In this document: piece after piece, positions 39,309 to 52,770 of the stretch
How the letters are laid out: the number at the start of each line of letters is the position of its first letter
Numbering within the stretch: position 1 is the first letter of the stretch
NCBI GenBank assembly: GCA_964016885.1
Contig: OZ024746.1
Coordinates: 17,856,001 to 17,920,000, forward strand
DNA: 64,000 bases
Source: Eledone cirrhosa
Taxonomy: Eukaryota
Direction: 5' to 3'
Made by a program: the position numbers and the translations under genes
The notes under the pieces: generated by a model
Database searches by the model: none
Told to the model about the DNA's origin: nothing
The model's input: only the letters and a program-made list of their open reading frames with translations

Positions 39309-39779
39309 TTTTGAGTTTATGTTGGTTGTATACCAACACCCCAGTATGCAGGCTGGAGCACTCGACGAAGTGCGCAGGTTGGTTTGGTTACTCCGGAGTA
39401 GTGTAAAATAAAGTTAAATAAAAGTCAAATGATTAAAATTTAGCTTTGTTTATTACTGCTATATATATTTCAGTGACAGCCATCTTTGGCTGTGACCTCT
39501 TCAGGCAGTTTGAATTAGTATGGTATAGACAAGTACATATGTTGTTTAGGTGACCACCACCAACATGGCTACATGGTTTAGTTTTAGGTTCACTTTCACT
39601 GTATGGCAAATGTTTTCTACTACAGCCTTAGGTTGACTAACACATTGTACTTGTCTATACCATACTAATTCAAACTGCCTGAAGAGGTCACAGCCAAAGA
39701 TGGCTGTCACTGAAATATATATAGCAGTAATAAACGAAGCTAAATTTTAATCATTTGACTTTTATTTAACTTTATTTTA
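39308..39779. mobile_element. Hammerhead palindrome (PLE-like) with locally templated spacer
   Basis: Tail 39308-39403; arms 39404-39537 / 39646-39779; flanked by (TA)n(GA)n and (TA)n. Confidence 0.88.
39674..39728 (+). ncRNA. Minimal type I hammerhead ribozyme
   Basis: ACTGC-CTGAAGA-GGTcACAGCCA aaga TGGCTGTcACT-GAAA-TATATA-T-A-GCAGT, immediately followed by AATAAA. Confidence 0.8.
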
Positions 39780-40309
39780 TATATATATATATATATATAA
39801 TCAGGTTAATATATATACATACATATATATAAAGCCAGAACAATATCACAAGGTGTTGTCCTGATGCTCTAACAGTTCTGGTAGTTCACTGTCCTACACT
39901 TGTGCTCTATTTATTAACCTTGAAAAAAATGAAAGGCAAAATTGACCTTGACAGAATTTTAACTTGAAGCAGAGAGAACCAGAACTAAATATTCTTTGTT
40001 TAGTACTGAAAAAATTAATTGAAACCAAAAATATTAATCGAAAGGTTTTTCTAATTTAGATCACCTATTGTTGATTGATTTGAAACTTGTTTTACAGGTC
40101 AGTGAAAAACTTGTTTCACCAAATTTCGATCAAGGTTTTTTTTTTATAGTTTTTCTTCTCATAGTAAATTTTATCTGAATGTAAACCAGAACAGATAATA
40201 GCCTACTTAGTTTAACAGGTTTTTTAGTACATCTGTAGCTAAGTCGTCACCTAATTTAACTATGACTATGTCTAGTTTTAGTACATCTGTACCTATCTCT
40301 GTCACCCAC

Positions 40310-43300
40310 CTGCTGGACCTTGGTGGTGGTCACCTTTAGTTGAGGTAGTCATTGTCACCAGCTAGACCTTGGTGGTGGTCACCTTTAGTTGAGGTAGTCA
40401 CTGTCAACAGCTGGACCTTGGTGGTCACCTTTAGTTGAGGTAGTCATTGTCACTAGCTAGACCTTGGTGGTGGTCACCTTTAGTTGAGGTAGTCATTGTC
40501 ACTAGCTAGACCTTGGTGGTGGTCACCTTTAGTTGAGGTAGTCACTGTCAACAGCTGGACCTTGGTGGTGGTCACCTTTAGTTGAGGTAGTCACTGTCAA
40601 CAGCTGGACCTTGGTGGTCACCTTTAGTTGAGGTAGTCACTGTCAACAGCTGGACCTTGGTGGTGGTCACCTTTAGTTGAGGTAGTCACTGTCAACAGCT
40701 GGACCTTGGTGGTGGTCACCTTTAGTTGAGGTAGTCACTGTCAACAGCTGGACCTTGGTGGTGGTCACCTTTAGTTGAGGTAGTCACTGTCAACAGCAGG
40801 ACCTTGGTGGTGGTCACCTTTAGTTGAGGTAGTCACTGTCAACAGCTGGACCTTGGTGGTGGTCACCTTTAGTTGAGGTAGTCACTGTCAACAGCTGGAC
40901 CTTGGTGGTGGTCACCTTTAGTTGAGGTAGTCACTGTCAACAGCTGGACCTTGGTGGTGGTCACCTTTAGTTGAGGTAGTCATTGTCACTAGCTAGACCT
41001 TGGTGGTGGTCACCTTTAGTTGAGGTAGTCACTGTCAACAGCTGGACCTTGGTGGTGGTCACCTTTAGTTGAGGTAGTCATTGTCACCAGCTGGACCTTG
41101 GTGGTGGTCACCTTTAGTTGAGGTAGTCACTGTCAACAGCTGGACCTTGGTGGTGGTCACCTTTAGTTGAGGTAGTCACTGTCAACAGCTGGACCTTGGT
41201 GGTGGTCACCTTTAGTTGAGGTAGTCACTGTCAACAGCTGGACCTTGGTGGTGGTCACCTTTAGTTGAGGTAGTCACTGTCACCAGCTGGACCTTGGTGG
41301 TGGTCACCTTTAGTTGAGGTAGTCACTGTCAACAGCTGGACCTTGGTGGTGGTCACCTTTAGTTGAGGTAGTCATTGTCACTAGCTGGACCTTGGTGGTG
41401 GTCACCTTTAGTTGAGGTAGTCACTGTCAACAGCTGGACCTTGGTGGTGGTCACCTTTAGTTGAGGTAGTCACTGTCAACAGCTGGACCTTGGTGGTGGT
41501 CACCTTTAGTTGAGGTAGTCATTGTCAACAGCAGGACCTTGGTGGTGGTCACCTTTAGTTGAGGTAGTCACTGTCAACAGCTGGACCTTGGTGGTGGTCA
41601 CCTTTAGTTGAGGTAGTCACTGTCAACAGCTAGACCTTGGTGGTGGTCACCTTTAGTTGAGGTAGTCATTGTCACTAGCTAGACCTTGGTGGTGGTCACC
41701 TTTAGTTGAGGTAGTCATTGTCACTAGCTGGACCTTGGTGGTGGTCACCTTTAGTTGAGGTAGTCAATGTCAACAGCAGGACCTTGGTGGTGGTCACCTT
41801 TAGTTGAGGTAGTCACTGTCAACAGCTGGACCTTGGTGGTGGTCACCTTTAGTTGAGGTAGTCACTGTCAACAGCTGGACCTTGGTGGTGGTCACCTTTA
41901 GTTGAGGTAGTCAATGTCAACAGCTGGACCTTGGTGGTGGTCACCTTTAGTTGAGGTAGTCACTGTCAACAGCTGGACCTTGGTGGTGGTCACCTTTAGT
42001 TGAGGTAGTCACTGTCAACAGCTGGACCTTGGTGGTGGTCACCTTTAGTTGAGGTAGTCATTGTCACCAGCTGGACCTTGGTGGTGGTCACCTTTAGTTG
42101 AGGTAGTCATTGTCAACAGCTGGACCTTGGTGGTGGTCACCTTTAGTTGAGGTAGTCATTGTCACCAGCTGGACCTTGGTGGTGGTCACCTTTAGTTGAG
42201 GTAGTCACTGTCAACAGCTGGACCTTGGTGGTGGTCACCTTTAGTTGAGGTAGTCATTGTCACTAGCTAGACCATGGTGGTGGTCACCTTTAGTTGAGGT
42301 AGTCACTGTCAACAGCTGGACCTTGGTGCTGGTCACCTTTAGTTGAGGTAGTCACTGTCAACAGCTGGACCTTGGTGGTGGTCACCTTTAGTTGAGGTAG
42401 TCATTGTCACTAGCTAGACCTTGGTGGTGGTCACCTTTAGTTGAGGTAGTCACTGTCAACAGCTGGACCTTGGTGGTGGTCACCTTTAGTTGAGGTAGTC
42501 AATGTCAACAGCAGGACCTTGGTGGTGGTCACCTTTAGTTGAGGTAGTCATTGTCAACAGCTGGACCTTGGTGGTGGTCACCTTTAGTTGAGGTAGTCAC
42601 TGTCAACAGCTGGACCTTGGTGGTGGTCACCTTTAGTTGAGGTAGTCACTGTCAACAGCTGGACCTTGGTGGTGGTCACCTTTAGTTGAGGTAGTCACTG
42701 TCAACAGCTGTACCTTGGTGGTGGTCACCTTTAGTTGAGGTAGTCACTGTCAACAGCTGGACCTTGGTGGTGGTCACCTTTAGTTGAGGTAGTCACTGTC
42801 AACAGCTAGACCTTGGTGGTGGTCACCTTTAGTTGAGGTAGTCAATGTCAACAGCAGGACCTTGGTGGTGGTCACCTTTAGTTGAGGTAGTCAATGTCAA
42901 CAGCAGGACCTTGGTGGTGGTCACCTTTAGTTGAGGTAGTCATTGTCAACAGCTGGACCTTGGTGGTGGTCACCTTTAGTTGAGGTAGTCACTGTCAACA
43001 GCTGGACCTTGGTGGTGGTCACCTTTAGTTGAGGTAGTCACTGTCAACAGCTGGACCTTGGTGGTGGTCACCTTTAGTTGAGGTAGTCACTGTCAACAGC
43101 TGGACCTTGGTGGTGGTCACCTTTAGTTGAGGTAGTCACTGTCAACAGCTGGACCTTGGTGGTGGTCACCTTTAGTTGAGGTAGTCACTGTCAACAGCTA
43201 GACCTTGGTGGTGGTCACCTTTAGTTGAGGTAGTCAATGTCAACAGCAGGACCTTGGTGGTGGTCACCTTCAGTTGAGGTAGTCATTGTCAACAGCTGGA

Positions 43301-43610
43301 CCTTGGTGGTGGTCACCTTTAGTTGAGGTAGTCACTGTCAACAGCTGGACCTTGGTGGTGGTCACCTTTAGTTGAGGTAGTCACTGTCAACAGCTGGACC
43401 TTGGTGGTGGTCACCTTTAGTTGAGGTAGTCAATGTCAACAGCAGGACCTTGGTGTTGGTCACCTTTAGTTGAGGTAGTCATTGTCACCAGCTAGACCTT
43501 GGTGGTGGTCACCTTTAGTTGAGGTAGTCATTGTCACCAGCTAGACCTTGGTGGTGGTCACCTTTAGTTGAGGTAGTCATTGTCAACAGCTGGACCTTGG
43601 TGGAGGTGAC
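40310..43610. repeat. 49-bp minisatellite, ~67 units
   Basis: Unit gctggaccttggtggtggtcacctttagttgaggtagtcactgtcaaca (starts 41041, 41090). Variants concentrated in one ~15-bp segment. Confidence 0.97.
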
Positions 43611-43838
43611 TATGGTGTGAAGAGACTGAGAGTACGCGACTCCCACCTGGACAGGACGCCAGTCCATTGCAGGGTTAAACCTTCAGCTATTACTGGTACT
43701 CCTTTTCTGATTATACTGGAGCAATGTGAAATGAAGTGTTTTGCTTAAGTACACAACACGCAAACTAGTCTAGGAATCAAACTCACACTGTTATGATCGT
43801 AAGTCCAACACACTTACCACTAGTCCATGTGCCTCCAC
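43611..43838 (-). mobile_element. tRNA-derived SINE
   Basis: Reverse complement of the family at 63174-63455 (gtggaggcacatgg head; gcaatggactggcgtcctgtccag body). Confidence 0.75.
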
Positions 43839-46124
43839 TACATAGTATCTGTCCACCAAGTCTGTCCACTCACATTGGTCAACCTAAGGCCAAGGTAAAA
43901 TACACTTGCGTAAGGTGTCACAGAGTGAGATCAAAATGTAAACCACATGGTTGTGAAATAAACTTCTTACACACACACTACCATGCCTACACCTGTAGAT
44001 TATTGACAGAGAGTTGCATGTCATGCTGGTAAGTCGAGCAGGTACATACAGACTTCTAATAAAAAGTCACAAAAAAATTCAAGTTAAATTAGATATGTAT
44101 ACAGCTTTACTTTGTTTCTGTTGTTAAGTTCAACAGGATCTTATTAAATAGCAAAGTCTAGATGGCAGATGTTGACAGAAAGAACCAGTCACACTACTTC
44201 CTCCAACACTATCAATGACACTGCTCCACTTTATAATACAACTATTTTATATTGTATATGAGTGTGTGTAGGTGCAATATATGTATGTATGTGTTTGTGT
44301 GTGTGTGCAAGTATATGAGTATGTGTATTATATATGTATCTGTGTATGTGTGTGATATATATGTATCAGTGTGTATGTAAGAGCTGGTGCATACATGCAC
44401 ATGTATGTGTTTTACTCACAAAGTTGGCTCCTAAATATTTCTCCATTGTTTAAATTTGAGATATTTTTTCTTTTCTTATAAAACACTTGAACTTAGTGCC
44501 CATATTTTGTTATCACCTGACTAGGTTGGTCTGACTCTATATCTGAGATTGATTTGAAAGTTTAAATCAGTGATTTCCAACGTAGGCGCTTCACCCTTTC
44601 GATGATTCAAGCATGACACTGTGACTCAAGCATGACACTGGAAGGAAAAGGAGAGGTAAGCAAAGGGGAGATAGGCAAGGAGTGCTGAAGGAGAAAGAAT
44701 ACAAATTAATAATTGTGCTCATAAACCAGTCACCTTTAAATTATTCGATTAATGTGTAAATAAAATGTTTGTAAATTATTAAAATTTACAGAGCTGTTCT
44801 GCAAGAGAATGGGTCGGCAGGTAGAGATATGACCACTAGATGTGATGATTAGAATGTCTCAGGAAAAAAATCGTTGGATATATTTTACAGCCAAAACTAA
44901 CCGACAAGAGACCAGAGCTAAATGGTTGGATAACATCGATGAGCTCAGCTGGTCTTGCTTGGGGATCCAGCTGGATTGATCCTCCAAGTAATAAGGGGGT
45001 GAGGAAGAAGAAGAATGTCCGACTGGGCTGAGAAAATATTTCCTTTAGTCTTTTCATTGCTGATCACAGCTCATAGCAGAAGGCAGTGGGATTTGAATTG
45101 AGAAACCACAGAACTGATTTCAATACTGCAATGTATCCAATCCAATTCTTTAACAATTCTGTGAAAAAATGACCCTTATTTATTAACCTCAAAAGCATGA
45201 AAGGCAAAGTTGATCTCAGCAGGATTTGAACCCATAACAAATACTGAATGATGTCTTGCAGTATTGTGAGGAGGCGGAGAACAACAACAAAATGGTGGTG
45301 GTGGTGGTACTCTGTTAACACTTTGATATATTTACATCAGTTTGAAGAATTCCTGAATAGAAATATTATGCCAGTGTCATGCTCTGCTGGTCAGTAGTGA
45401 TGATGTCATTATACACCTGGTTGTTCTCACCTGTCGCTAGGAGGTTTATAGCATACAATTGCTAAACAATGGCTGTTACAAATATAAAACAGATACAGGT
45501 TTCAGCTGATATAGATGAAAACACCAAATAACAGTCGCAATTCTTTTTAAAACTTATTGCTAATATCCAACTTATTATTTATCACAACTGACTAAAGACA
45601 TGACGACCTCTAGAGTGCTGGTGCCATGATAAAATGAACCTGGTACACTCTAGAGTGTGGGAATGAATGTAAATGAGCAGTGACTCTCCCCCTCAACATC
45701 CTATGGGGCAGAGCTTTCTCTATTCTGTTCATTTGGACCATGAGGTGACTTGTGCCTGGGGTTCTGTACATGCAAAAATCTGTTTCCCCACACCATTTAA
45801 ACCCATATCATAGGGGTGGCAATGTTTGAGTACTCTTTCTCAGATTTTCATCTACAACGAAATGGTATTGGAATTATACTACCTACCCACCTGCCTACCT
45901 ACCTCATTAACTACCTACCTGTCTACTTACCAATCTACCTGCCTCGGGTAATAGTAAGGTATATAGCATGGCTAGGGCAGGAGTGGATTGCCTCAAGTAG
46001 CATTTGGATGATTTGTATGTGTTGTGTTTTTTTGTGAGTGTGAGGTAAATTCCAGAATTGCCCTGGGTGGTGACACAAACTCTAAGTATACCACTAGGCG
46101 TGAGCCTGGCACTATATAATTGTC

Positions 46125-46541
46125 TATAAAACTTCCTAGCCCCATAGCCAGGTAGGTATACATCATGTATAAAACTTCCTAGCCACATAGCTAGGTATAC
46201 ATTGTGTATAAGACTTCCTAACCCCATAGCTAGGTATATATTGTGTATAAAACTTCCTAGCCACATAGCTAGGTATATATTGTGTATAAGACTTCCTAGC
46301 CCCATAGCCAGGTATACATTGCGTATAAGACTTCCTAGCCCCATAGCTAGGTATATATTGTGTATAAAACTTCCTAGCCACATAGCTAGGTATATATTGT
46401 GTATAATACTTCCTAGCCCCATAGCTAGGTATATATTGTGTATAAAACTTCCTAGCCACATAGCCAGGTATACATTGTGTATAAAATTTCCTAGCCACAT
46501 AGCCAGGTATACATTGTGTATAAAATTCCCTAGCCACATAC
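46125..46541. repeat. 39-bp minisatellite, ~10.5 units
   Basis: Unit tgtataaaacttcctagccacatagctaggtatacattg with hairpin CCTAGC-cacata-GCTAGG. Confidence 0.92.
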
Positions 46542-47851
46542 ACTAAAACCAATTCAATCAATTTTATCCATTGTTTCTACAAATGTGTGACTTATTTTTT
46601 AACCAATAAAAAAAAAAAGCCATCAATATTTGAATATAGGATCTGCTGGAAGGAGTGTTTGAGGACTCTGTCCCCATGACCTTCTCGAGAAGAAGAAGAA
46701 GAAGAATTGAATATGTTAATTAGGTTGGGTAGGGGGAATAGTATCAGATAAACGACCGTTAGCTGTATAAAGATTGACGGTGAATTAACAAATAAATATC
46801 TAATATGGTGGTTGACGGTGAAAATATTAAATACGAAATATAAACATTAATATTTATTAGAGACAAATCAAAGATATTTACATCGAAATATAATAAACTA
46901 TTACATTTCAGCTAAATATCTAATTCTATACAGAAGACATGCAGTGTGATCAGGGGAAATCACATTAAATGAAGGAAACAAATAAGAAAATCAACATGGT
47001 TACGTAATATATTAATAGTTTGTATAACTAAGTTAATAAAATCAATTCCTATTTCAGATTGCAGCAGTAGATGTGGGTTTATCTCTCTCTTATCTTCTAA
47101 TATCAACAGATATGTACACAGACGTACACACAGGTACACAGACGTATACAGAGGTACAGATGTGTACACATGTACACACACGTATGCAGACGTACACAGA
47201 GGTACAAACAGGTACACATCTACATGCAGACAAATGCACAAGTACACACACATGAACAGAGATACACAGACGTACACACCAGTACACACACATATACAGA
47301 CGTACACATGTACATATTTGTATGCAGGTGTACACATTTGCAGGTAGACGTACACAGACATACACATTTATACACACAGGAACACATCTGTATGCAGACG
47401 TACACAGGTGCACATTTATACACAAGTATACAAACGTACACATTTGCAGGTAGACGTACACAGACATACACATTGATACACACAGGTAGAAATTTGCTGT
47501 CATGCTACACTCTCCATCTGCGCATTATTGAAAATACAAATACATGTGATTGTATGTATGTGTGAGTGTTTTATCATGTTTACACATATATATATATGTG
47601 TGTGTGGATGTGTTTACAAATAACAAATTTAAAGTGGAGAATGGGAGAGAGAAAAATAGTGAGTCAGATTAATTGATCAACAGATAACTGACACATACAC
47701 ACACATAATGCAAGAATGGACAAGACAAACACAGATTCAAAAACACAGCCTTATTGGTTTCAAGATAGGGAGATGGGAGGGGTGTGTGTGTAAAAATTCA
47801 AATTGATGCGTAAAACAGACAAGAGGAAAGATTAACATACACATACATTGA

Positions 47852-47897
<46 letters not shown>

Positions 47898-48242
47898 GAA
47901 CACATATAGTGACACACTCTGAGTATTGATAGAAAGAATTCACACCTTCAAAGGAATATAAGTGTGAGGAGAGGATGGTGTGGTATGGGTGTATGAGAGT
48001 GTGACAGGAAGATAGGTTGGTAATAAAATAAAAAAATAAAAAAATAAAAAACGAAAATCCAGACAGATTGTCAAAGACAGAAATATTAAGAATCACAAGA
48101 ATGAATAACTAGTCTGATGGAAAAGCAGAGACATAGGCAAGCAAATAAATAGATGGAGGATGGGTGAATAGGTAGATAGATGGATGGATGGTTAGTTGGA
48201 TGGATGGTTAGATAGATAGGTAGATAGATGGATAGATAGATA

Positions 48243-50683
48243 TGTTTCTTTTATTTGCCACCAGGGCATCAAAAGTGGGACAAGTACAATGGGGGGAGTT
48301 TACAAAACAAGGCGTCCTCAATAAGGAGGAGGCAATAACAATATATAAAAATAAAATAAAATATAACAAAAATAAAATTTATAACAAAGTCCTCAATAGA
48401 GAGGAGGCGCCTTGGGGGGTCGCACACACCCCCGATAAAAGTGTGCAACCCTTCTCCTCAGGAGCACAGAGAAGGGGTGCTCCCTTGGTCTTTCATCTTC
48501 CTCACCTATAGTCTGATGTAGAGTGAAGGCCCATTCACACGGGCCATTCTCGCCACTTTCACTCATCTTTCATAGAAACGGCTGGGGTGCAGCACCTCTC
48601 TCTCCATCCTGATCCTTCTTCCGAAATGATATCGGAAGAAACGGACCAGTTGTTGGCCAGAAAGAAAGGTGTCTGACCTCAGTCCTTTCAGACGCGTCCA
48701 CCATACAACCTCTTTCGCCATGGCTATTACGCACAGAAACACCGCCTCTCCTTCGTTTTTGAAGAGGGGAGGCGGCTTGATTGTTACAATAGACTCGGTG
48801 GTCAACCGGATTGGTCCCACCCTTGACAGCAGTTGTTCGACATAACCCCACAAATCGGCAATGCCCGAGCAGTGTACCAATGCGTGTGCAACGGTTTCCT
48901 CGTCGCACACGCATCTGGGACAGATCTTTTTCGATGGGTCCCTACCCGGGCGCCCGTGTCTGTAGAGCCTTTCTCGAACGGGCAGAGCCCTTCTGTAGCA
49001 TTGCCAGGCCAGGGACCTCTGGAAGTTATCCATGGGTCCCGGGCTGAATGTCCTACCGAACAGGTTGGCCAGTTCGTCTTCCTCCATGCCTAGGGCTTCT
49101 CCGAGGGCGTCGTCGCACCTGCTAACCACCAGCCCTCTATAGAATGACGAGGTGGATTCTCCACTGACAGCCGGGTCCGCCTGCCAGAGAGCCGTGAGTG
49201 CCTGGGCATACTCGGTGTGCCAGGCGCCCAGTTTTCTCGGTCTTTGCTTGACCCAGGATTGCAGCTCGGTGAGTGAGACGAGTCTGGGAAAGGCTCGCCT
49301 CTCAAACGGGGCCCACACCGGTTGACCGGAGAGGAATACCTGAAGGTGCCGTAGCCTTAATGCGTGTTTACGTATCATTAGCCACGGCATCCCCAGCCCT
49401 CCTTTCGAAGGGTGTTGACAGCAGATGGATCTCCTCACCATAGGAGCCCGCTTCTTCCAAAGGAATTGGAAGAGTGCGCGCTCCATTTTGGCGTGCGTTT
49501 CCCTTGGGCAAGGCACAACGGTCAGGCGGTAGTAGATGACGGACGCTATATAAGTGTTCGCCACCTCCGCCCGTCCTTTCAGGGACAGTTTGCACTCGGC
49601 CCACTTCTGGGTCAGTGCAAACACCCTGTTCGTCACCTCACCCCAGTTCTTCTCCACCTGGAGGTCTGGTCCGAACCAGACCCCGAGCAACTTCACCGGG
49701 CCCTCCGTCCAGCGCCCGACGACGCCATCGGAGGGCATCGATCTGCCCCTCCACGTGCCGAGTTGCAGACCGATCGACTTGTCCCGGTTCAGCTTAGCCC
49801 CTGTAAACCTTTCGTACTCCTCCAGTAAGGTGCCGATCGCCCCGATTTCCGAGGCCGTCGACACCATTACTGTTACGTCATCGGCGTAGGCTGACACCGC
49901 TTTCCGCAATCCCGGTTCCAACGGGATACCCTGCAACAACTCCAACTTCCGCAGCAGTGGCTCTAGAGTCATTACATACAGAAGGGAGGAGAGAGGGCAC
50001 CCCTGTCGGATGGACCGCGCGATTTCGAAGGACTCCGAGAGGTAGCCGTTCACCTTGACCCTAGAGCAGATGCGGCTGCTGTGCATGGCATTGATCCAGC
50101 CCCTGAAAACGGGTCCGAAGCCTGCCGCCGCTAGCACCGCATCCAGGTAACCATGGTCGACTCTATCGAATGCCTTAGATTGATCCAAGTTGATCAGGGC
50201 CCCACCAAAGCCGGGTTCGTTCCCAACCCTCTCTATGATGTATCGCATGAGATGGAGGTTGTCGTGGATGGACCTGGACGGGATAGCACATGTCTGCGCA
50301 TCTCCCACCAAGTTGCCCACGACAAGCGCCAACCTCTTTGCTAGCACCTTGGCCAAAATCTGTAACTCTGTATTTAGCAGAGTTATGGGCCTGAAATTAT
50401 TTATATCGTCCCCCTTGTTCTCGTCCTTCCTCACTAGCGTGACTACGCCCTTGGTCACAGCACAGGGAATTCTCCCGTTCTGTTGCCAGTTGCAGTAGAC
50501 CGCCTCGAGGAGTTCGGGGAACAAGTCCGGCATAGCTAGATATAGTTCGTATGGAAGACCATCGAGACCCGGGGATTTGCGTTTGCCGCATTGGCTCAGC
50601 ACGTCTTCTATCTCAGCGGCTGAAATCGGCTCCTCGCAGGACTTCGCCTCCCTGTCCGAGAGACGCGGCAGGCCGTCGAGGTA
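48243..50683 (-). mobile_element. 5'-truncated Tx1-clade LINE (second family) in (GATA)n/(GATG)n
   Basis: RT to Zn knuckle open from YLDGLPRLS. In-frame TGG>TGA at 48563-48565; ancestral stop at 48506-48508. The ORF-track N-terminus is microsatellite. Confidence 0.92.
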
Positions 50684-50684
50684 T

Positions 50685-50685
50685 G

Positions 50686-50748
<63 letters not shown>

Positions 50749-51000
50749 GGATGGACAGATAGATGGATGGAGGAATAGATGGATGGACAGATGGATGGAT
50801 GGACAGATGGATGGATGGAGGGATAGATGGATGGACAGATGGATGGACAGATGGATGGATGGACAGATAGATGGATGGACAGATGGATGGACAGATGGAT
50901 GGATGGACAGATGGATGGATGGACAGATAGATGGATGGAGGGATAGATGGATGGACAGATAGATGGATGGACAGATGGATGGATGGAGGGATAGATAGAG
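50685..51000. repeat. (GATA)n/(GATG)n/(GACA) compound microsatellite
   Basis: Directly visible. Confidence 0.95.
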
Positions 51001-51829
51001 AAATAAAGATCATGATGGATGGCTGGCTAGGTGGATGGATGATGGACGACTGGATGGTTAGGTTAGGTGGATGGGTGGGTACAATCATAGTGGCTACAGT
51101 AGTAATGGTAATGGAGGAGGAAAGAGAATAGATATTGGAAATTGTTTCCTAAAAGAACTATGACAGATTTTAACAGTGCAGCCAACCCTGCCAAAAAGGA
51201 GATTCTGTTGATCAAAGATCAAATGCAGATAATGTTGGGTTTGACATGAGCCTTCCGTCTGGACGAGCATGTGACAGCAGCTGTTCTAGTATTGGGGTGA
51301 GGATAATATGTCCATTTTCTCTGTTCAAGATCAACTACTGTTGCACATATTCATTCTGTGCAAGATTATATTGCATATAAAAAATGTTTCCTTTTTCATA
51401 CATTTCTATACATTGATATATATATACATATATTACAAAACACACACACACTACTATATATATATATATATAATACAGAGTACCCGACCTCCCATGGGTA
51501 CATGCTGAAGCATATAAACAATATGCCCCCACACCCCCCACCGCAAGGTGGTCGTGGAGGTGCCACGGCAAAAAAGCACCCAGCCCACACTGTAAAGTGG
51601 ACGTGTAGGCGCCACGAAAAAGCACCCAGCACTCACTGTAAATGAGGTTGGTGTTAGGAAGGGCATCCAGCTGTAGAAATCAAGCCAGATCGGTTCCTGT
51701 ATGAGCAAGGCATGGTCAGCCGACCAGACACTGCACACAACAGGACAACTCGTCTAACCCATGCTAGCGTGGAAGAACGGACGTAAAACGGTGATGATGT
51801 GATGATGATATATATATATATATATATAT

Positions 51830-52261
51830 CTAAGGCGGGTAAAATTCCCAAGATCCATGGACGAGTTCTCTCCAGCGGTCTCTGTCCCTCATTATCGCTG
51901 CCATGTCCTGCGTCTCCAACAGACCAGTGTCTGTCCTTAGGGCATCAACATACGTTAACCTTGGTCTTCCTCTTCTAGTGTATCCATGTAGGGGCTCCCA
52001 AAGGAGCTCAGAGCAGGAGAGTTAGGGCGAAAAAGGTATCGGATGCTGAATTTGCCGACGACATAGTTTTGGTGACAAATACAGTGAAGGAGGCAGAGGA
52101 TTTGATGCGGGAGGTTGAGACTGTGTCGATGAGTGTGGGGCTGAGAATGAATGAGACTAAAACAAAATATCTGGTAGAGAATGTTGAGAAGCCAGAGGGG
52201 ATCACTAATTTAGGCGGGAAGCTGCTAGAATTGGTTGGGGGCTTCCTGTATTTGGGAGCAA

Positions 52262-52263
<2 letters not shown>
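51830..52263. mobile_element. RTE-type LINE with 5' inversion between (TA)n tracts
   Basis: Minus 51830-52009 encodes LLWEPLHG..RGRPRLTYVD..DRDRWR then stop. Plus 52010-52263 encodes the RT part EFADDIV..GLRMNETKTKYL. Confidence 0.8.
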
Positions 52264-52332
<69 letters not shown>

Positions 52333-52551
52333 TGTGTGTCTATGTATGTATGTTTGTATGTATGTATAAGTTAGAAGAAAACCTATCAGTGGACATGTTT
52401 TCTGCTAGTACTAATCAATACAAACATGTACACACAGGCACAAACAGATACAAACACGATGACATACATAAAGATATACATTCAAACACATACATACATA
52501 CAAATTGACATATATGTACTTAAATACATTGATACATATGGGGCGGGGCGG

Positions 52552-52770
52552 AAGGGGGGGGGGTCTGAAAAGTTCCTGGCTTTGGGTAAAAGAAAATACA
52601 GGAGGATCAGTTAATTATAATTTTATTCAACATATTCCCCTCTCAGATTCACACACTTATTGCAGCAGTCCTTCAGTTTTTCTAAGCCCTGTAAAAAGAA
52701 CTTGGAAGGTTGGGCCTCGAATCAGGCCTCTATAGCAGCGATCAAGCCAGGAACTTTTCAGCACCCCCTC
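52552..52770. mobile_element. Mariner-derived MITE
   Basis: TIRs ggggt(g)ctgaaaagttcctggctt / aagccaggaacttttcagcaccccc. Confidence 0.75.

Noticed and set aside
9483-43610. Tandem arrays as CRISPR-like arrays
   Set aside because: Units are contiguous with no unique spacers, there are no cas-like genes, and the context is eukaryotic.
45907-46561. 13-aa repeat ORFs
   Set aside because: By-product of the 39-bp minisatellite, open in several frames on both strands.
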